64,000 nt of DNA from the human T2T-CHM13v2.0 reference genome, Homo sapiens: NCBI RefSeq assembly GCF_009914755.1, contig NC_060926.1; one strand, 5' to 3'. The notes under the pieces were generated by a model. That model worked only from the letters and a program-made list of their open reading frames with translations, did not search any database and was not told where the DNA came from. This document shows positions 59,303-64,000 of this stretch, piece by piece (position 1 is the first letter of the stretch; each line of letters opens with the position of its first letter). Both the position numbers and the translations under genes were made by a program.

Positions 59303-60510
59303 CGAGGCAGTTATGTTGGCAACAAACACGTTCCCAAGATACGCTTTCCACCTGAACAACTGACATCTTTCTGAGTCTTAACAAAAAACAATATTTCATG
59401 TCATGTGGCACTCTGACTTTCAGTAAAGTAAAAATTAGAGTGGCTACCAAGTGACTTTGTAATAAGATGCCTATCAGGATATTTGTGGGTGTATATGTTT
59501 TCTCATTCCTGAAAGACAAAGGTATAGAGGGAACGGGAGATGAAAAAGAGAGTTTGGAATTGAGAGAAAACAGGTCTGATTAGTAATTGATACAAACCCT
59601 GCCATGTTCCGGAGTCCTACAAAGGTTAATATCAGTGGTTGCTTCAAGAGTAGGCATTTCCCTTTGTTCCCCAGGGAGCCCGTCTCAATACCTGCAAGTC
59701 AACTTCAGAAAAGGGTCTTGAATTTAATGGGAACATGTCTGAAAATTATGATGTTAGAGCAGATGCAGTTATATCCTCTCATTTTAATGAAATATTATTT
59801 TGTGCTCTTTGATAGGCCTTCTGTCAGTAATAACAAAGTGGGAAAGAATATTAGATCCACATGGTATTAGATAGTGTCTTTTCAGAATACTTTATTATTC
59901 TGGGTTAAATAAGAATATCTAGCTTCAAAAGAAAGCCAGAAAAATTATGACATGAGCTAAGGCATACCTGTATATAAATTGTTGATCTGAGGGGATGGGA
60001 GGAGCCAGAGACGTGAGTGATGAAAATCAGACACGCAGCACCCCATAGCCTCTCATATCTTGAGGTGATACCGGAGAGTCGAAACATCAAGCTGAGGGCA
60101 GAGACAGCTTGTGTCCTGGAAGTATCTATTAAGTAAAATGGTCTTCTCTGTGAGGCCGAATGCCAACAGGCCCCTTCTTCCTTCACCTCTGCTCTACCTG
60201 CCTAGTAGCCAATGGTTACAGAAGTAATCCTTAGTCTACAGAGAAAGTAATTTGGGGCAAGAAGAGATAAGCATAATGCAGGGCTTCCATTTCTCCTTTG
60301 ACAAGTGTGTGTGCATGAAGCAGGAGAGTTAAGAGAAGAGATTACAATTGTATCTTACATGTTCCGTGGGCCATTCTGGTTTCCCATTTCCTCCCCACAA
60401 TGAATTCTTTCTGTTCATATGAGTTTAATGTTTTTTCTTGATTACACATTTCGGCAAGCTAAGTCAGTCAATAAAAATACCTAACTCCTACCAACTAGTT
60501 TCACACATGA

Positions 60511-60941
<431 letters not shown>

Positions 60942-61324
60942 ACATTCAGCCTATTGCTTAAACTTGTTGCTTAAAACAAGCCCCACATTGGTGGTTATTT
61001 ATCAGGAATGATATTTTGAGATCAACTGTTACCTCTGCTCTGAGATCAAGGTGCCCAGCAGTTGACAACGTGTCCTGACCACAAGGCTGCGGCCAACCTC
61101 CAGAAAGCGGCGCTGTGACTGCACTACCCTCTGAGTGTGCCAAGGCTCGCAGCAGTTTCCACATCATAAGCCAAAGAGAGACCAAACTGGAGAGGAAGTG
61201 CAAAAACACCACATCCACATCTGTTTTCCATTCTTGGCCAAGCTGACAAAAGAGGTGCCTAGGTGACAAGCTAAATTTTTCAAAATAAGAAAGCAAGTGG
61301 TTTGCTTTCATAAAAGTGATTGCT

Positions 61325-61645
<321 letters not shown>

Positions 61646-62739
61646 TCACATTCTGAGAAATTCCAAGATCATCAGTTAGGGAATCTTAAAGTCAAAATAC
61701 GGAATCTAAGTAATGTTATTTATCTGAAACAAAACCAACAAGCCTCACTGCAGAAAAAGCAACACTCCTGGAAATATTTCAGTCACTCAAATTTACCTTC
61801 ACAATGGATATATCCAGTATTAACACTTCCAAATGCTTACTTCTTATGTTCAATCAAGGAGATAATTTTTTTCCTAGATCTGAACTTTGTAATATACTTT
61901 TTAAGATGATATTAGTTTATATGTAAACATAATTTCAATTTCAAAGCACACGGATGTTATTTTTACCTTTTAAGAAATGTTCAATTTTTATTAACAAAAA
62001 ATAAGTTGATTTAATTATAGCTTAGTTTTATTTAACCGACTGGTAAAAGAAAAGTTAAGTTGAAGCTATGCATCAATACAGTTCACATTTCATAATAAAC
62101 TTGTTCATAAAAATATATTTTGAAAATCATTACCACTTAATGTATTTTCCATCATACTTGCTGAAGTAGGCCTTCAAATGGGAACAGAATATTCATGCCC
62201 CATAAAAATTTTGATGTCATCTTTTGGAGTGGAAATTAGAGATACCCCCATACTGATTGTTTTGTTGACAGGTAGAGTGTTTAGAGTTTATTTTTCAGGA
62301 CATCCTTTATGTTCCAGCGATCTCTTGGAATTCTAACTTCTCCCTGTGACTCATGTATGCTCCACCCCCGCTTAGATACACCACAAACAGCCCTGGCTGC
62401 AGTTGGCATGAATTGTGCTTTCTCTCTATTGGATCCTTTTACCAACATCTGTTAAAGCTTTAAAGGACTCACTCACAAACCCATGCGTGGGTCTTAGTAT
62501 CCACAAAGGTTCTAGTAGCTTTGCTCCTCCTTGAAGTCTTCCTGGAATGGCTTCCATTTGCTTGCGTGGTAATATGCAGTATCTGAATAGCAGCTGGCAA
62601 AACAAAGAAGTAAGACAAGGCCGGCATTCACTGTGAGCATCTCCAACTGATAAGAGTTCGTTCCAAGGTGTGTCTCTGTGGCCTTTGAAATGTGCTGGCC
62701 TCTAGGCTGATCCCTGAGAAACCCTACATCAAAGGTCAG

Positions 62740-62950
62740 CAAAGCCTCAGCTTACTCCACATTGCAGTCCTCTCATTCAAATTTAGAGGAGGCCCTCTGT
62801 CATAGGCAGGCCGGGTGTGGCTGTCTGTCCTTTACAGATGAGGAAAGGGAAGCATTCAAGCTAAGTGTCATTTCCAAAGTCACAGAACCAGTAAGTAGCA
62901 TGAATCAGCATTCAAACAAAGTGTTTTGACTCCATGCTATTTCTTAGCTT
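62740..62950 (-). mobile_element. MIR remnant
   Basis: tttacagatgaggaaa...ctaagtgtcatttccaaagtcacagaaccagtaagtagca...tgactcca. Confidence 0.7.
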
Positions 62951-63316
62951 ATCCTCTGATTAACTTAGTCAAAATATGTCCTTCTACTTTTGGTTAACAA
63001 GGGAGGATTTGAGTCAGCATCTCAAAAGTGAGGCAAGAAGAAGCTTAATAATACTAAACGTCAGAGACTACGGTTTAGTCAAGTTTTGTATTCCTGCCCC
63101 ACCATGGCACCACAGTCAATGAAATGGATGAAGGCAGATGCAAGGGAGGAAGCACACAAGAGTGGATAAAATTCACTAGTTAAAAACTGCTTTGCAAATA
63201 CGTGCAAAAAAGATTATGTAATTTTGCTGACAAGATATACATGTGACCAAAAAAAAATAACATCAGCGCTCCTGAAAGAGCATTAACAGTCCCCCATCTT
63301 AAATCGTAGTTGGAGT

Positions 63317-63476
63317 CAGGATCAGCTGCAAAATTTGTGGGCCCAGCGCAAAATGGGAATGTGGGGCCCCTTGTTCAACAATGATGAAGAGTTTCAAGAC
63401 AGTCATGCTAAAGCATTAAACCCAGCATGGGGCCCTGCGTGACTGCAGAAGTCCCACACCCATGAAGCCAGTCATG
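63317..63476 (-). mobile_element. MER45A hAT-Tip100 DNA element
   Basis: caggatcagctgcaaaatttgtgggcccagcgcaaaatg...ggggccccttgttcaa...cccatgaagccagtcatg matches the recalled antisense MER45A. Confidence 0.85.
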
Positions 63477-64000
63477 GGCAGCATCACCTTTTCTGCATGT
63501 TAGTCAGTTCTGCTTCAAGGACCAGATTTCAAGCTCAAAGTAAAGGAAAACTACCTACCAATTAGGGCTGTTTACAAATAGAGCAGATTGCTTTGTTAAG
63601 CAGGTGTTTGCCCTTCAGTGGAAAGTTCAGACAGAACCTGGAAGAACATCTGTCAAGGATGTTGAAGAAGGGATTGATCCCCACGTTAGGACAGAGCCAG
63701 ATTTGACCTCACAGGTCCCTTCTCATGCTAAGATTCTGTGAGTCAGATAATTTTCATCATTGTCAGATTTTTTTAAAAGAGCCACGTTATGTGATTCATT
63801 AATGCCACTGAAGAAGCCTACCAGATTTCCCGATACCTTAAAGAGGTACCATAACATCTCAGTGCCGGAAAGTCTTGTCATTATGGTCATTTGATAGAGT
63901 AAACGTGTCTGTACACACCTGAGCATTGACAGTATCTGCACAGTTTGAAAGGTGCTTGATAATGGACCTGACAGACAGCAAAGGAGGCTTGGGTATTTGA

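Overview
AT-rich primate, most likely human, genomic DNA with no intact protein-coding gene that I can support. The first ~23 kb is repeat-dense: Alus, L1MA, L1PA3, L2, MIR, ERV1/ERVL/MaLR solo LTRs, and hAT/Tigger DNA elements. It also holds a full-length processed AHCY (adenosylhomocysteinase) pseudogene on the minus strand (~12.04-14.19 kb). The stretches ~23.5-36.5 kb and ~45-55 kb are markedly transposon-poor and rich in homeodomain motifs, with a promoter/first-exon-like segment (~24.1-24.6 kb) and a strong CTCF motif (30.4 kb). This resembles the regulatory landscape of a developmental gene; I could not identify the host gene. The most unusual signals are local rearrangement scars: (1) a ~250-bp inverted repeat plus a third copy, suggesting a ~0.85-kb inversion (19.7-20.8 kb); (2) a young-looking 250-bp duplication whose second copy lacks an older-looking Alu (42.2-43.6 kb); (3) an L1 with a probable MaLR-derived 3' transduction; (4) a perfect 72-bp AT-rich palindrome in an Alu tail; (5) an ancient 140-bp duplicon (58-59 kb). 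I see no evidence of a novel coding system or of CRISPR or prokaryotic features. Repeat subfamily names come from recalled consensus sequences, not from a database run.
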